DNA of 64,000 nucleotides from Eledone cirrhosa (lineage: Eukaryota), in NCBI GenBank assembly GCA_964016885.1, contig OZ024752.1, positions 30,876,001-30,940,000 of the forward strand, written 5' to 3'. The notes beneath the pieces were generated by a model that was given only the letters and a program-made list of their open reading frames with translations, ran no database searches and was not told where the DNA came from. A program made the translations under genes and the position numbers. Positions 12,764 to 24,836 of this stretch are shown here, piece after piece; position 1 is the stretch's first letter; each line of letters opens with the position of its first letter.

Positions 12764-13052
12764 AAATAATAAATAATAATGAAAATTATTATGTACAGTG
12801 CTGAGGTGCATTACAACTCACTAAAGGTGCATGTATAGAACATACAATAATGTACAAATGTCAGGAAAGCAAACAGTGTATGAGTCATGATATACACCAC
12901 AGACACGCGTGTGTGTGTATGGAGGGGGAATATCAGGTGTAGTGTTGGCGAATTTCAGGAAGAATGGAGGTTTTGAAGGATGCAGTATCCCAACAGCTAA
13001 CAACTGATGCAGGTAGTTTGTTCCATGCTTCAGCAACTCTGAGCATGAAAAA
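12764..13052 (-). mobile_element. CR1 LINE 3' fragment
   Basis: Reverse complement matches the 3' end of the CR1 at about 41705-42114 (ctcagagttgctgaagcatggaacaaac...gcactgtaca...(ATT)n). Confidence 0.85.
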
Positions 13053-13310
13053 GGGTTTGTAACTTACTTCCACCTGCCTTAGAGATCCTGAAGACTGCCA
13101 TAAATACTGCTCCTTCCTCCTGATTATGTGATAAAAATAAAATACAGCTAAGTTTCATCTTTGTATTTCATGCTTCAAGGGGCTGATAAAATACAAACCA
13201 GTAATATACTGGGTAAAGTGGGATGGTGATGCTTGAGTGGACTACAACAGCAAGGAATGGGTTTGTGCCTAGACAAAAGAATTTCATATATATATATATA
13301 TCGATCAGTC

Positions 13311-13369
<59 letters not shown>

Positions 13370-13537
13370 GTGAGTTCAGTCAGCCGGGCACACTGTATTT
13401 GTATATATATATATATATTGATCAGTCATATCAATATATATTGATTACTCAGTCAGCAAAAAGCCTTACCTCTCATCTATCCGAGGTCACTAAAAAACAA
13501 AATACCAATACCAGTTGCATACTAGGGTTAAGTTATT

Positions 13538-13575
<38 letters not shown>

Positions 13576-13737
13576 TATAATAAAGATATATAATATATAT
13601 ATAATATAATATATATATAATGTATATATATATATATAAGGAAATACTTTCACTCGTGTTGGACACCTCGTTTTTTTTTTCATTTTGTAAAAAAAAAACT
13701 CACTTTCTAATATATATATATATATATAAAATGTGTG

Positions 13738-13768
<31 letters not shown>

Positions 13769-14169
13769 ATATATAAATAAAATGTGTGTATATATATATA
13801 TATTTTTATATATATATACACACACACATATACTTCTCTATTACAAACATTTAATATTTGTTGGTAAATTTTTACTATTGAGTATCAAACTTTCTTGTAA
13901 ATTTTCCTGAGAATTTTATGCTTAACATTTTACTACTGAACAGAAAAAAAAAATGAAATAAAAAAAATTTATTTAAAATACATGCAAAAAAGAATTTTTC
14001 CTTGCATCCCCTCACCCACCCCTTGTTATTATTGTTCTGTAATTAAATTTATAAATAAATGATTGTGTTGTTATATTGAAAATGGATGATTTCTTTTGTT
14101 ATGGTTTGAAAAATAATAAATAAAATATATACACCAAATTGTTAGTTGATGTTGGTATGTAACTCATTG

Positions 14170-14362
14170 ATATATAACACGTGTGTGTATATATATATAT
14201 ATATATAAATGTATATATGTATATATATATACATGCATACACACACATTGATATATAACACGTGTGTGTATATATATGTGTGTGTATATATATATGTATA
14301 CATACATACACATATATGTGTGTGTATATATATATGTATACATACATACACATATATGTGTG

Positions 14363-14394
<32 letters not shown>

Positions 14395-14452
14395 TACACA
14401 TATATATATGTGTATGTATATATATGTATACATACATACACATATATGTGTG

Positions 14453-14484
<32 letters not shown>

Positions 14485-14660
14485 TATATACATACGCATA
14501 TATATGTGTGTATATATATATGTATATATATATACATACACATATGTGTGTGTGTATATATACATACATACGCACACATATGTGTGTATATATGTGTATA
14601 TATATACATACACATATATGTGTATACATACATACATATATATATGTGTGTATTCATATA
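14170..14660. repeat. Compound (TA)/(TG)/(CA) microsatellite
   Basis: Direct. Confidence 0.9.
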
Positions 14661-14714
14661 CGCACCTAAGAACTGTACAGAATAATTTTATCATTATTAT
14701 ATATATATATATAA

Positions 14715-14897
14715 ATTGTTTCTACGTTAGGCACAAGGCCAGCAATTACCCAGTGCATTACTGGTACTTTATTTTATCGACCCCGTAAGGATGAAAGGCA
14801 AAGTTAACTTCGGCGGGATTTGAACTCAGAATGGCAAGGGCCGTAACTCTATGCGTCAAAGCATGGCGTCCGACTCTCTACCGATACTGCCAATCCA
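14715..14897 (-). mobile_element. Deu/Nin-type SINE (minus)
   Basis: Reverse complement of the SINE consensus. Confidence 0.85.
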
Positions 14898-14911
14898 TAT
14901 ATTAATAGCAT

Positions 14912-15105
14912 TGGATTGGCAGTATCGGTAGAGGGTCAAACACCAAGCTTTGCAGTATAGAGTTATGGCCCTTTACGTTCTGTAGTTAAATCCCACCGAG
15001 GTTAACTTTGCCTTTCATCCTTACTGGGTCGATAAAATAAAGTACCAGTAATGAACTGATAATTGCTGGCCTTGTGCCAAAAGTAGAAACAATTATTATT
15101 ATTAT
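14912..15105 (+). mobile_element. Deu/Nin-type SINE (plus), head-to-head with the previous copy
   Basis: Starts tggattggcagtatcgg 14 nt after the minus copy. Confidence 0.85.
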
Positions 15106-15141
15106 TATATATATATATAACAAGTGTACATACACATACAT

Positions 15142-15189
<48 letters not shown>

Positions 15190-15215
15190 TTAAAATACAT
15201 GCAAAAAAGAATATA

Positions 15216-15651
15216 TCTAGAGCACTAGAAGTCGATGGAAACCGCGGAGTGGGGAGACCCAAGATGACCTGGGATGAGGTGATTAAAGCCGACCTTACCC
15301 AATTACACCTCTCAAAGGCAATGACACACGACCGTGACCTCTGGCGTCACGCAGTAATACAGAGTACCCGACCTCCCATGGGTACAAGCTGAAGCATATA
15401 GACAATATGCCCCCACACCCCCCCACTGCAAGGTGGTCGTGGAGGTGCCACGGCAAAAAAGCACCCAGCACTCACTGTAAATGAGGTTGGTGTTAGGAAG
15501 GGCATCCAGCTGTAGAAATCAAGCCAGATCAGTTCCTGTATGAGCAAGGCATGGTCAGCCGACCAGACACTGCCCACAACAGGACAACCCGTCTAACCCA
15601 TGCTAGCGTGGAAGAACGGACGTAAAACGGTGATGATGATGATGATGATGA
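15216..15651 (+). mobile_element. 5'-truncated RTE LINE (family 1)
   Basis: Encodes RALEVDGNRGVGRPKMTWDEVIKADL...DRDLWRHAV, then 3' UTR and (GAT)n tail; highly similar inverted copy at 20444-20920. Confidence 0.9.
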
Positions 15652-15699
15652 TATATATAATTCATTGCATACTCACATACATACACACACACACACACT

Positions 15700-15900
15700 A
15701 CTTACTACTTTGACGCTAAACTCCGCCAGTTGCAGACTGTGCATCAACATGAGTTATTTTTCTCCACAAAGTTCGACCACCAACAGCAGAAGAGCAAAGA
15801 TCAAGTCCACTCCATAAGTTGACATTATGAAGCCATTGCTTTGGCTGCCGGCCTCTGCTTCTCTTACCAGCCAACTTTCCTTCCAGGCATAACCTACTCA
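15700..15900 (-). mobile_element. RTE-like LINE 3' fragment (another family)
   Basis: CLEGKLAGKRSRGRQPKQWLHNVNLWSG...LWRKITH resembles an RTE ORF C-terminus. Confidence 0.65.
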
Positions 15901-15905
15901 CACAT

Positions 15906-17860
15906 ATCATCATCATCATTGTTTAATGTCTATCTTCCACGCTAGCATGGGTTAGACGAGAAATTGTCCCACTTGAGGCAAGATTGATCGGGTGACTGTG
16001 TCTTGCTCATATAGGACTGTATCTGACAGGTTTTCTATAGCTGGATGCCCTTCCTAACAACAGCCACATTTACAGTGTGGACTGGGAGCCTTTTTACCGT
16101 GTCTCCAACACGACCACTTTACAGTGTGGACTGGGAGCCTTTTTACCATGTCTCCTAAACGACCACTTTACAGTGTGGACTGGGAGCCTTTTTAGTGTGT
16201 CTCCTACACAACTACTTTACAGTGTGGACTGGGAGCCTTTTTACTGTGTCTCCTACACGACCACTTTACAGTGTGGACTGGGAGCCTTTTTACCGTGTCT
16301 CCTACACAACTACTTTACAGTGTGGACTGGGAGCCTTTTTAGTGTGTCTCCTACACAACTACTTTACAGTGTGGACTGGGAGCCTTTTTACCATGTCTCC
16401 TACACAACTACTTTACAGTGTGGACTGGGAGCCTTTTTACCATGTCTCCTACACAACTACTTTACAGTGTGGACAGGGAGCCTTTTTACCGTGTCTCCTA
16501 CATGACCACTTTACAGTGTGGACTGGGAGCCTTTTTACCGTGTCTCCTGCACAACTACTTTACAGTGTGGACTGGGAGCCTTTTTACCGTGTCTCCTACA
16601 CAACTACTTTACAGTGTGGACTGGGAGCCTTTTTACCGTGTCTCCTACACAACTACTTTACAGTGTGGACTGGGAGCCTTTTTACCGTGTCTCCTACACA
16701 ACTACTTTACAGTGTGGACTGGGAGCCTTTTTACCGTGTCTCCTACACAACTACTTTACAGTGTGGACTGGGAGCCTTTTTACCGTGTCTCCTACACAAC
16801 TACTTTTCAGTGTGGACTGGGAGCCTTTTTACCGTGTCTCCTACATGACTACTTTACAGTGTGGACTGGGAGCCTTTTTACCATGTCTCCTACACAACTA
16901 CTTTACAGTGTGGACAGGGAGCCTTTTTACCGTGTCTCCTACACAACTACTTTACAGTGTGGACTGGGAGCCTTTTTACCGTGTCTCCTACACAACTACT
17001 TTACAGTGTGGACTGGGAGCCTTTTTACCATGTCTCCTACACAACTACTTTACAGTGTGTACTGGGAGCCTTTTTAGTGTGTCTCCTACACAACTACTTT
17101 ACAGTGTGGACTGGGAGCCTTTTTACCGTGTCTCCTACACAACTAATTTACAGTGTGGACTGGGAGCCTTTTTACCGTGTCTCCTACACAACTACTTTAC
17201 AGTGTGGACTGGGAGCCTTTTTACCGTTTCTCCTACACAACTACTTTACAGTGTGGACTGGGAGCCTTTGTACCATGTCTCCTACACAACTACTTTTCAG
17301 TGTGGACTGGGAGCCTTTTTACCGTGTCTCCTACACAACTACTTTTCAGTGTGGACTGGGAGCCTTTTTACCGTGTCTCCTACACGACTACTTTACAGTG
17401 TGGACTGGGAGCCTTTTTACCGTGTCTCCTACACAACTACTTTTCAGTGTGGACTGGGAGCCTTTTTACCGTGTCTCCTACACAACTACTTTTCAGTGTG
17501 GACTGGGAGCCTTTTTACCGTGTCTCCTACATGACTACTTTACAGTGTGGACTGGGAGCCTTTTTACCATGTCTCCTACACAACTACTTTTCAGTGTGGA
17601 CTGGGAGCCTTTTTACCGTGTCTCCTACACAACTAATTTACAGCGTGGACTGCTTTTTGTCATGACACCTACACTAGACTGGATTTTTGGACTGCGGACT
17701 TGGATGTTCTGTGGTACCAACATAACTTTACAGAGAAAGAATGGTGTGGGTCTGAGTGGGAGGATGGGGTAGTGGGTTGGGATGTACATTTGATTAAGAA
17801 TTGCCTACTGACTGTAGGTTAAACTTTGTACTTAAGGGAAAGCGGGTCTTCTGTATTTTA
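15906..17860 (-). mobile_element. RTE family 1 3' end hosting an expanded minisatellite
   Basis: RTE tail and UTR to the left of the array; upstream UTR (ggatgttctgtggtaccaac...) to the right. Confidence 0.8.
16068..17652. repeat. 49-bp minisatellite, about 32 copies
   Basis: Unit ctttacagtgtggactgggagcctttttaccgtgtctcctacacaacta. Confidence 0.95.
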
Positions 17861-17959
17861 CATCTTCCTCATATCATATCAAAAACACCAACAACATTAT
17901 CAATTCTATTATCATCACTATTGCTGTTACCACCATCGTTTCCTGAACATCAATGCTAC

Positions 17960-19204
17960 TACTGCCACCACCATCATCACCACCACCACCATCACCACCA
18001 CCACCATCATCACCACCACCATCATAATAATCATCAACATCATCACAACAACAACCACCACCTTGATCATTCTACTATGATTACAAATAAAAACATCAGT
18101 AACTACTAGTGTTTCTTTGTGTGGTTATCAGACCAGTTGATACCACCTCCACCACCACCACTATCATCGTCATCACAACCACCACCACCACCGTCATCAT
18201 CACAACCACCGCCATCATCATCATCATCACAACCACCGCCATCATCATCATCACAACCACCACCACCACCATCATCATCACAACCACCGCCATCATCATC
18301 ATCACAACCACCGTCATCATCATCACAACCACCACCACCACCACCACCATCATCATCACAACCTCCACCACCACCATCATCATCACAACCACCACCATCA
18401 CAATCATCACAACCACCGTCATCATCATCATCACAACCACCACCACCACCGTCATCATCATCACAACCACCACCACCACCTCCACCACCATCATCACAAC
18501 CTCCACCACCACCATCATCATCACAACCACCACCACCACCATCACAACCTCCACCAAGACCATTCTACTATTATTACAAACAATAAAATCAGTAACTACT
18601 ATCAGTGTTTCTGTGGTTATCAGACCAGCTGATTCCCCCACCACCACCACCACCATCGCCACTATCACCACCACCACGTACACCACCATCACCACCACCC
18701 CTATCATCATCACCACCACTACCACCACCTACACCACCAACACCACCACCACCACCATCATCATCATAACCACCATCATCACCACCACCACCACCACCAG
18801 CACCACTACCACCAGCACCACTACCACCACCACCAGCACCACCACCACCACCACCACCAGCACCACCACCAGCACCACTACCACCACCACCACCAGCACC
18901 ACTACCACCACCACCACCACTACCACCACCACCACCACCACCACCACTACCACCACCACCACCACCACCACCAGCACCACCACCACCACCATCACCACCA
19001 CCACCACCACCACCACTACCACCACCACCACCACCACCACCAGCACCACCACCACCACCACCACTACCACCACCACCACCACTACCACCACCACCACCAC
19101 CACCATCCTCATTACAAACAACCCCTCACCAAGACCATTCCACTATAATTACAACTAGTAACATCAGTCTCTACTCGTGTTTCTCTGCTTATCAGACCAG
19201 TGGG
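17960..19204. repeat. (ACC/ATC)n tracts separated by three copies of a ~70-bp spacer
   Basis: Spacer ...attacaa...atcagt...gtgtttct...ttatcagaccag near 18075, 18556 and 19131. Confidence 0.85.
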
Positions 19205-19257
19205 GAGATCAATAAATACCTCCGACAATCAACCAAGACAAACTTGTTCTAATTAAC

Positions 19258-19354
19258 AACACAGACACACACACACACACACATACACACACACACATAC
19301 ACACACACACATACACACACACACACATACACACACACATACACACACACACAT

Positions 19355-19394
<40 letters not shown>

Positions 19395-19499
19395 ACACGC
19401 ACACGCACACGCACACACACACATACACATACACACACACACATACACACACACACACATACACACACACACACACACATACACACATACACACACACA

Positions 19500-19540
<41 letters not shown>

Positions 19541-20209
19541 ACACACACATACACACACACACACACACATACACACACACACATATACACACAGACACAC
19601 ACATATACACACATACACACACAGCCACACACACACAGACACACATACACACACATATACACACACACATACACACATACACACATACATATACACACAT
19701 ACACACACATATACACATACACACACACATACACAGACACATACACACACAGCCACACATACACACACATATACACACATACACACACAGCCACACATAC
19801 ACACACACACACATACACACACACACATATATACACACATACACACACATATACACACATAAACACACACATACACACACAGACAGACAGACACACACAC
19901 ACACACAGACACATACACACACATATACACACATACACACACAGCCATACACACACACATACACACACAGGCACACACACAGACACACATACAAACACAC
20001 ACAGACACACACAGACACACATACACACACACAGACACACACGCATACACACTAATCTACCCACACACACACACACTGACACAGACACACATGCAGACTC
20101 ACTAATCTACCTACTCACACATACACATACACTGACACAGACACACTAATCTACGTACACACACATACACACACACACTGACACAGACACACTAATACAC
20201 TTACACATG

Positions 20210-20230
<21 letters not shown>
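19258..20230. repeat. Long imperfect (CA)n microsatellite
   Basis: Direct. Confidence 0.95.
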
Positions 20231-20244
<14 letters not shown>

Positions 20245-20347
20245 GTATGTATACAGTTCTGTATGAGCAAGACATGGTCATCTGACCAGACATGTCTCAT
20301 AATGGGACAACCCATTGTAGTGTGGAAAAAAGGATGTTAAATGGTGA

Positions 20348-20401
<54 letters not shown>

Positions 20402-20443
20402 TCATCACCATTTAACATCCTTTTTCATTTATATATATATATA

Positions 20444-21289
20444 TCATCATCATCATCATCACCGTTTTACGTCCGTTCTTCCACGCTAGCATGGGTTAGA
20501 CGGGTTGTCCTGTTGTGGGCAGTGTCTGGTCGGCTGACCATGCCTTGCTCATACAGGAACTGATCTGGCTTGATTTCTACAGCTGGATGCCCTTCCTAAC
20601 ACCAACCTCATTTACAGTGAGTGCTGGGTGCTTTTTCGTGGCGCCTACACGTCCACTTTACAGTGTGGGCTGGGTGCTTTTTTGCCGTGGCACCTCCACG
20701 ACCACCTTGCGGTGGGGGGGGGGGGGGGCATATTGTTTATATGCTTCAGCATGTACCCATGGGAGGTCGGGTACCCTGTATTACTGCGTGACGCCAGAAG
20801 TCACGGTCGTGTGTCATTGACTTTGAGAGGTGTAGTTGGGTAAGGTCGGCTTTTATCACCTCATCCCAAGTCATCTTGGGTCTCCCCACTCCGCGGTTTC
20901 CATCAACTTCTAGTGCTCTGCACCTTTTTATGCAGCTGTCATCCTTCATACGCATCACATGTCCATACCAGCGTAACCGCCTCTCCTGCACGCAGCATTT
21001 GATTCCTCTTATGCTCAGTCTCTCTCTCAATTCATTTATGCTTTGTCGTTCACGTATATTACTGTTACACATCCATCGGAGCATGCAGGCTTCGTTTCTC
21101 TCTAATCTACGTAAGTCTTCCACCTTCAGCGCCCAGGTCTCACTACCATGCAACATCGCTGTTCGGATACACGCATCATACAGTCTGCCTTTCATTCTGA
21201 GGGAGAAGCCTTTTGCAGCTAGCAGTGGTAGTAGTTCCCTAAACTTCTTCCATCCCGTTCTTACCCTAGTTATTGTACTTTCTGAGCAC

Positions 21290-21290
<1 letters not shown>
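20444..21290 (-). mobile_element. RTE LINE fragment with open ORF2 C-terminus (20746-21195)
   Basis: KGRLYDACIRTAMLHGSETW...RLRWYGHVMRM...GRPKMTW...DRDFWR are RTE-clade motifs; 3' UTR and (GAT)n tail present. Confidence 0.9.
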
Positions 21291-21329
<39 letters not shown>

Positions 21330-21333
<4 letters not shown>

Positions 21334-21550
21334 TCATCATCATCATTTCATTTCACGTCCGCTTTTTCCCTGCTTGCAAGGGTGGGACGGGAACTGATTC
21401 TGGCTTGATTTCTACAGCTGGATGCCCTTCCTAACACCAACCTCATTTACAGTGAGTGCTGGGTGCTTTTTTGTGGCGCCTACACATCTACTTTACAGTG
21501 TGGGCTGGGTGCTTTTTTTGCTGTGGCACCTCCACGACCACTTTGCAGTG
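21330..21550 (-). mobile_element. RTE family 1 3' UTR fragment
   Basis: ggatgcccttcctaacaccaacctcatttacagtgagtgctgggtgc plus 48-bp UTR units. Confidence 0.75.
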
Positions 21551-21569
21551 GAATGATAGGGACCACAGT

Positions 21570-21710
21570 CCCTATCATCTCATTTCTACAGCTGAGCAAA
21601 CTGGAGCAATGTGAAATAAAGTGTCTTGCTCAAGGAAACAATACATCACCCGGTCTGAGAATTGAACTCACAACCTTTCGATTGCAAGGCCAATGCTCTA
21701 ACCACTAACC
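21570..21710 (-). mobile_element. tRNA-headed SINE 5' part (second family)
   Basis: Minus strand: tagtggttagagc A-box, gagttcaattc B-box, then ttgagcaagacactttatttcac; second copy at about 24952-25058. Confidence 0.7.
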
Positions 21711-21711
21711 C

Positions 21712-21797
21712 ATATATAACAAAGGAATTGTGGTAAGGAACCAGATGGACCATAACGCACCAGAGTACTCAATACTTAGAGTAGTAGCTACCTATAT
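21712..21797 (+). mobile_element. Terminal piece of the hairpin element (no hairpin)
   Basis: ggtaaggaaccagatggaccataacgcaccagagtactcaatactt; inverted match to 22853-22934. Confidence 0.65.
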
Positions 21798-21801
21798 AGA
21801 C

Positions 21802-21849
<48 letters not shown>

Positions 21850-21875
21850 GCTCTCTGATCTATCTACATAAACAG

Positions 21876-21907
<32 letters not shown>

Positions 21908-22579
21908 CCGACCACCGCTTCTTGGATTACCCACACGCGTTTTGACTTCCAACCAAAATCTCCATACATCCGTGTAACTTACCACTTTTCAACCATCCTC
22001 TAACACCATCACCTATATAACTCACCCACACACACATCCCAAAACAAATTTTTTTATCCACACGCCACCCACACCCACAACACGCTTAAACCACACACAC
22101 GTGCTTCCCACCACATATTTACACCCTCAGCCCCCTGATTCCTCTCCCCCCACCCCCTATCCACACACGCACAGACCCTCCGACACACAAAAACACCCCC
22201 CACACACACCTTCCTGAACATGCAACCCCGTTCTTCCCCCAACCCTCACTTTCACATACACACACACACACACGCACACCTAACCACACACACCACCTTC
22301 AGCCCTCCTCGCTCGGACACCCCGTCTCCCTCTCCCCACTCCACCCGCCTCCACCTCTACTCACCCCACACCCTTCCACCACCTGTTTACCCCCCTTTTA
22401 ATTTCAGTTTATTTTGATCATGCCTTTATTTTTAAATGTTCTCATTCCTTGTATTTTGATCATGCTTTATTTTTATTTATTATTTATTATATTTTTGTCT
22501 TTATTTGTTAATTTTTCATTCGGACCGTTTCCTTTCGCTATATGTCTCTCCACCACTCCCCTACACACCTTTTGAACTC

Positions 22580-22660
22580 TTACCTGAAGAAGGGCTTATG
22601 CCCGAAACGTCGTCCTCCACCTACCCCCCACTCTCCTGAGCGTGAATCTAATAAACATTT
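22580..22660 (+). ncRNA. Penelope-type minimal hammerhead motif followed by AATAAA
   Basis: CTGAAGA(22584)-a-gggc(ttat)gccc-GAAA-CGTC, with palindromic ACGT stem III; aataaa about 40 nt downstream. Confidence 0.6.
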
Positions 22661-22722
22661 GTCGTACTGCCTCTCTGTTCTGTCCCTGTTCAATTTTTTA
22701 TTATATATATATATATATATAT

Positions 22723-22934
22723 ATAGGAAAATGCTTAACCCCGACGGCAGAGCTCAAGCCATTTCGACGGCTATTTCTGGACTGGAAATAGGGTCCAGAA
22801 ATAGCCGTTGAAACTGCTTGAGCTCAGCCATTGGGGTTAATCATTTTCCTATTACCCACTCTACTACCCTAAGTATTGAGTACTCTGGTGCGTTATGGTC
22901 CATCTGATTCCTTACCCCACCTCCTTCGCTATAC
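22723..22934 (-). mobile_element. (TA)n-embedded hairpin element (copy 2)
   Basis: About 60-bp arms across 22723-22852, with the conserved core on the minus strand. Confidence 0.7.
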
Positions 22935-23141
22935 GAGCAAGACAACCAATCTTGCCTCAAGTGTGACAATTCCCGTCCAGACCCATGCTAGCGTGGAAGA
23001 TGGACATTAAACGATGATGATGATGATAATGATGATATTTAAAGCCATGCCATGGACCCTTAAATCCTGAATGAGCCATATGGGTGCTGTAGTAACATAC
23101 AGTATATCTTGGGCATTTAAACCCAGAGAGTCCAACTCTCT

Positions 23142-23229
<88 letters not shown>

Positions 23230-23230
<1 letters not shown>

Positions 23231-24060
23231 AATAAAATTATCAAGAATCGGAACTTCGGCCCACGAAATAACGAAAAACAATCTTCGAAATGTGCGGCAA
23301 AGTGCTCAATGGTTCGGTTGAACCAGAGCTATAACTAACGTTTAATACCAACACACTGAGACGATGCTTAAACAATCATTTGCACAGCCAAAAAATACAA
23401 TCAAGTAATTTGGCTGGTGCTTATCCCGGTTTCATGGCGTGAAACGACTGAGAGTACAAGACTCCCCTCTGGACAGGACGCCAATCTATTACAGGGTTAA
23501 TAATTATATTATTAACCCCAACCCACCTCTCCTTACTAGTTACTTCAGTCTTAAACATAAGAATTGAACTTATTTTGACCTATAGACACACACCTAAATT
23601 TCTTAGTGTGAACTTTAAAACAGATCCTCCTAATGGAGAGAAATAACAACTGGTGTGAAAGATTACAGAATAGAAACTCCGAGGAAGAGTAAGTGGGATT
23701 TAAGAGGGAAGTTAAAAAGTAGAAAAAAAAAAAAAATAAAAGGGATAGGGTGTGTATAGGTATAGGCTGAGTGCCAGGATGGACGTTAAATGATGATGAT
23801 GATGATATATATATATATTATCATCATCATTTAATATATATCATCATCCTTTAATATATATATATATACAAATAAATAATCGAGAATTGGAATCTCGGCC
23901 CACGAAATAACGAAACACAATCTTCGAAATGCATGGCAAAGGGCTCAATAGTTTGGATAAACCAGAGCTATAACTATCGTTTAAATACCAACACATAGAG
24001 ACAATGCTTAAAATCATTCGCACAGCCGAAAAAACGACCAGGAAAATTCGGGTCACACAA
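23230..24060 (+). repeat. Two diverged copies of a ~170-bp (TA)n-anchored element (23230-23396 and 23868-24035)
   Basis: Shared tcggcccacgaaataacgaaa...ttcgaaatg...accagagctataacta...ataccaacaca; class not determined. Confidence 0.65.
23412..23498 (-). mobile_element. Meta-domain-like SINE fragment
   Basis: Reverse complement resembles 28133-28248. Confidence 0.55.
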
Positions 24061-24146
24061 ATAATAAATTAATAAATCAATGAATGTAAAATCTTATATA
24101 TATATTATAAAAAATAAACAAAGAGGCTTTCAATACATCAAAAGTC

Positions 24147-24197
24147 TTTATTAGCCAACAATGTTTCGTCCCATTAATAAGGACTCATCAGGGCAAG
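24147..24197 (-). ncRNA. Type I minimal hammerhead ribozyme (Penelope pLTR-like)
   Basis: Minus strand: gcc-CTGATGA-gtcct(tattaat)gggac-GAAAC-att-GTT-ggc-t-AATAAA. All core nucleotides are present and stems I-III can pair. Confidence 0.7.
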
Positions 24198-24483
24198 CAA
24201 AGAGACAAGAAGCATTAACGGCCAGAACAAGCCAAAACTCAGAAAAATAGGGAATTTATATTTATGAAAGCTTAGGAAAGATATCAAGGAAAAGCATGCT
24301 AAACCTAAAAGTGTGCAGTTACATATATAGACTATAGGGCATGATGTATTGAAAGCCTCTTTGTTTAATTTTTATAATTTTTCGGCTCTGTTATATTACA
24401 TTGAGCTATATTCTTATACTCTCATTTCTCTAATACGACGAGTGTGTTTAACTCCAACGCACTCTAGTATTTTAATTCTTATA

Positions 24484-24514
<31 letters not shown>

Positions 24515-24717
24515 CAGATAGGGTGTGGTAAAATACTGAGTGGACCATAACCCACCAGAGTACTCAATACTTGGGGTAGTAGAGTGGGTAATGTGAAGAG
24601 ATTCAGGACCCTGACAGCTGAACTCCGGCCATTTCGACAGCTAGATCTGAACCCAGTTCGGATCTAGCTGTAGAAATGGCCGGAGCTCAGCTGTCAGGGT
24701 CCTGAATCCCTTCACAT
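24515..24717 (+). mobile_element. (TA)n-embedded hairpin element (copy 3)
   Basis: Arms 24591-24652 and 24656-24717 (62 bp, 4 mismatches, 3-nt loop) follow the conserved core. Confidence 0.75.
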
Positions 24718-24785
24718 ATTTATTTATATATATATATATTAAAATACAAATATTAATAAAATAGATGTTCTTTTGATCAATTACA

Positions 24786-24836
24786 TTTTATTATACATAT
24801 TTCGAAGGTACAACAGTACGTCCTCATCAGACAAAA
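24786..24836 (-). ncRNA. Degenerate hammerhead motif
   Basis: Minus strand: CTGATGA-ggacgtac(tgtt)gtaccttc-GAAA-tatgta-t-AATAAA. Confidence 0.45.

Noticed and set aside
16068-17652. CRISPR-like array
   Set aside because: Units are contiguous with no unique spacers, no cas genes are present and the context is eukaryotic; the same applies to the other arrays.
21905-22420. Penelope GIY-YIG ORF remnant upstream of the 22584 hammerhead
   Set aside because: Too degenerate and low-complexity to assign by eye.
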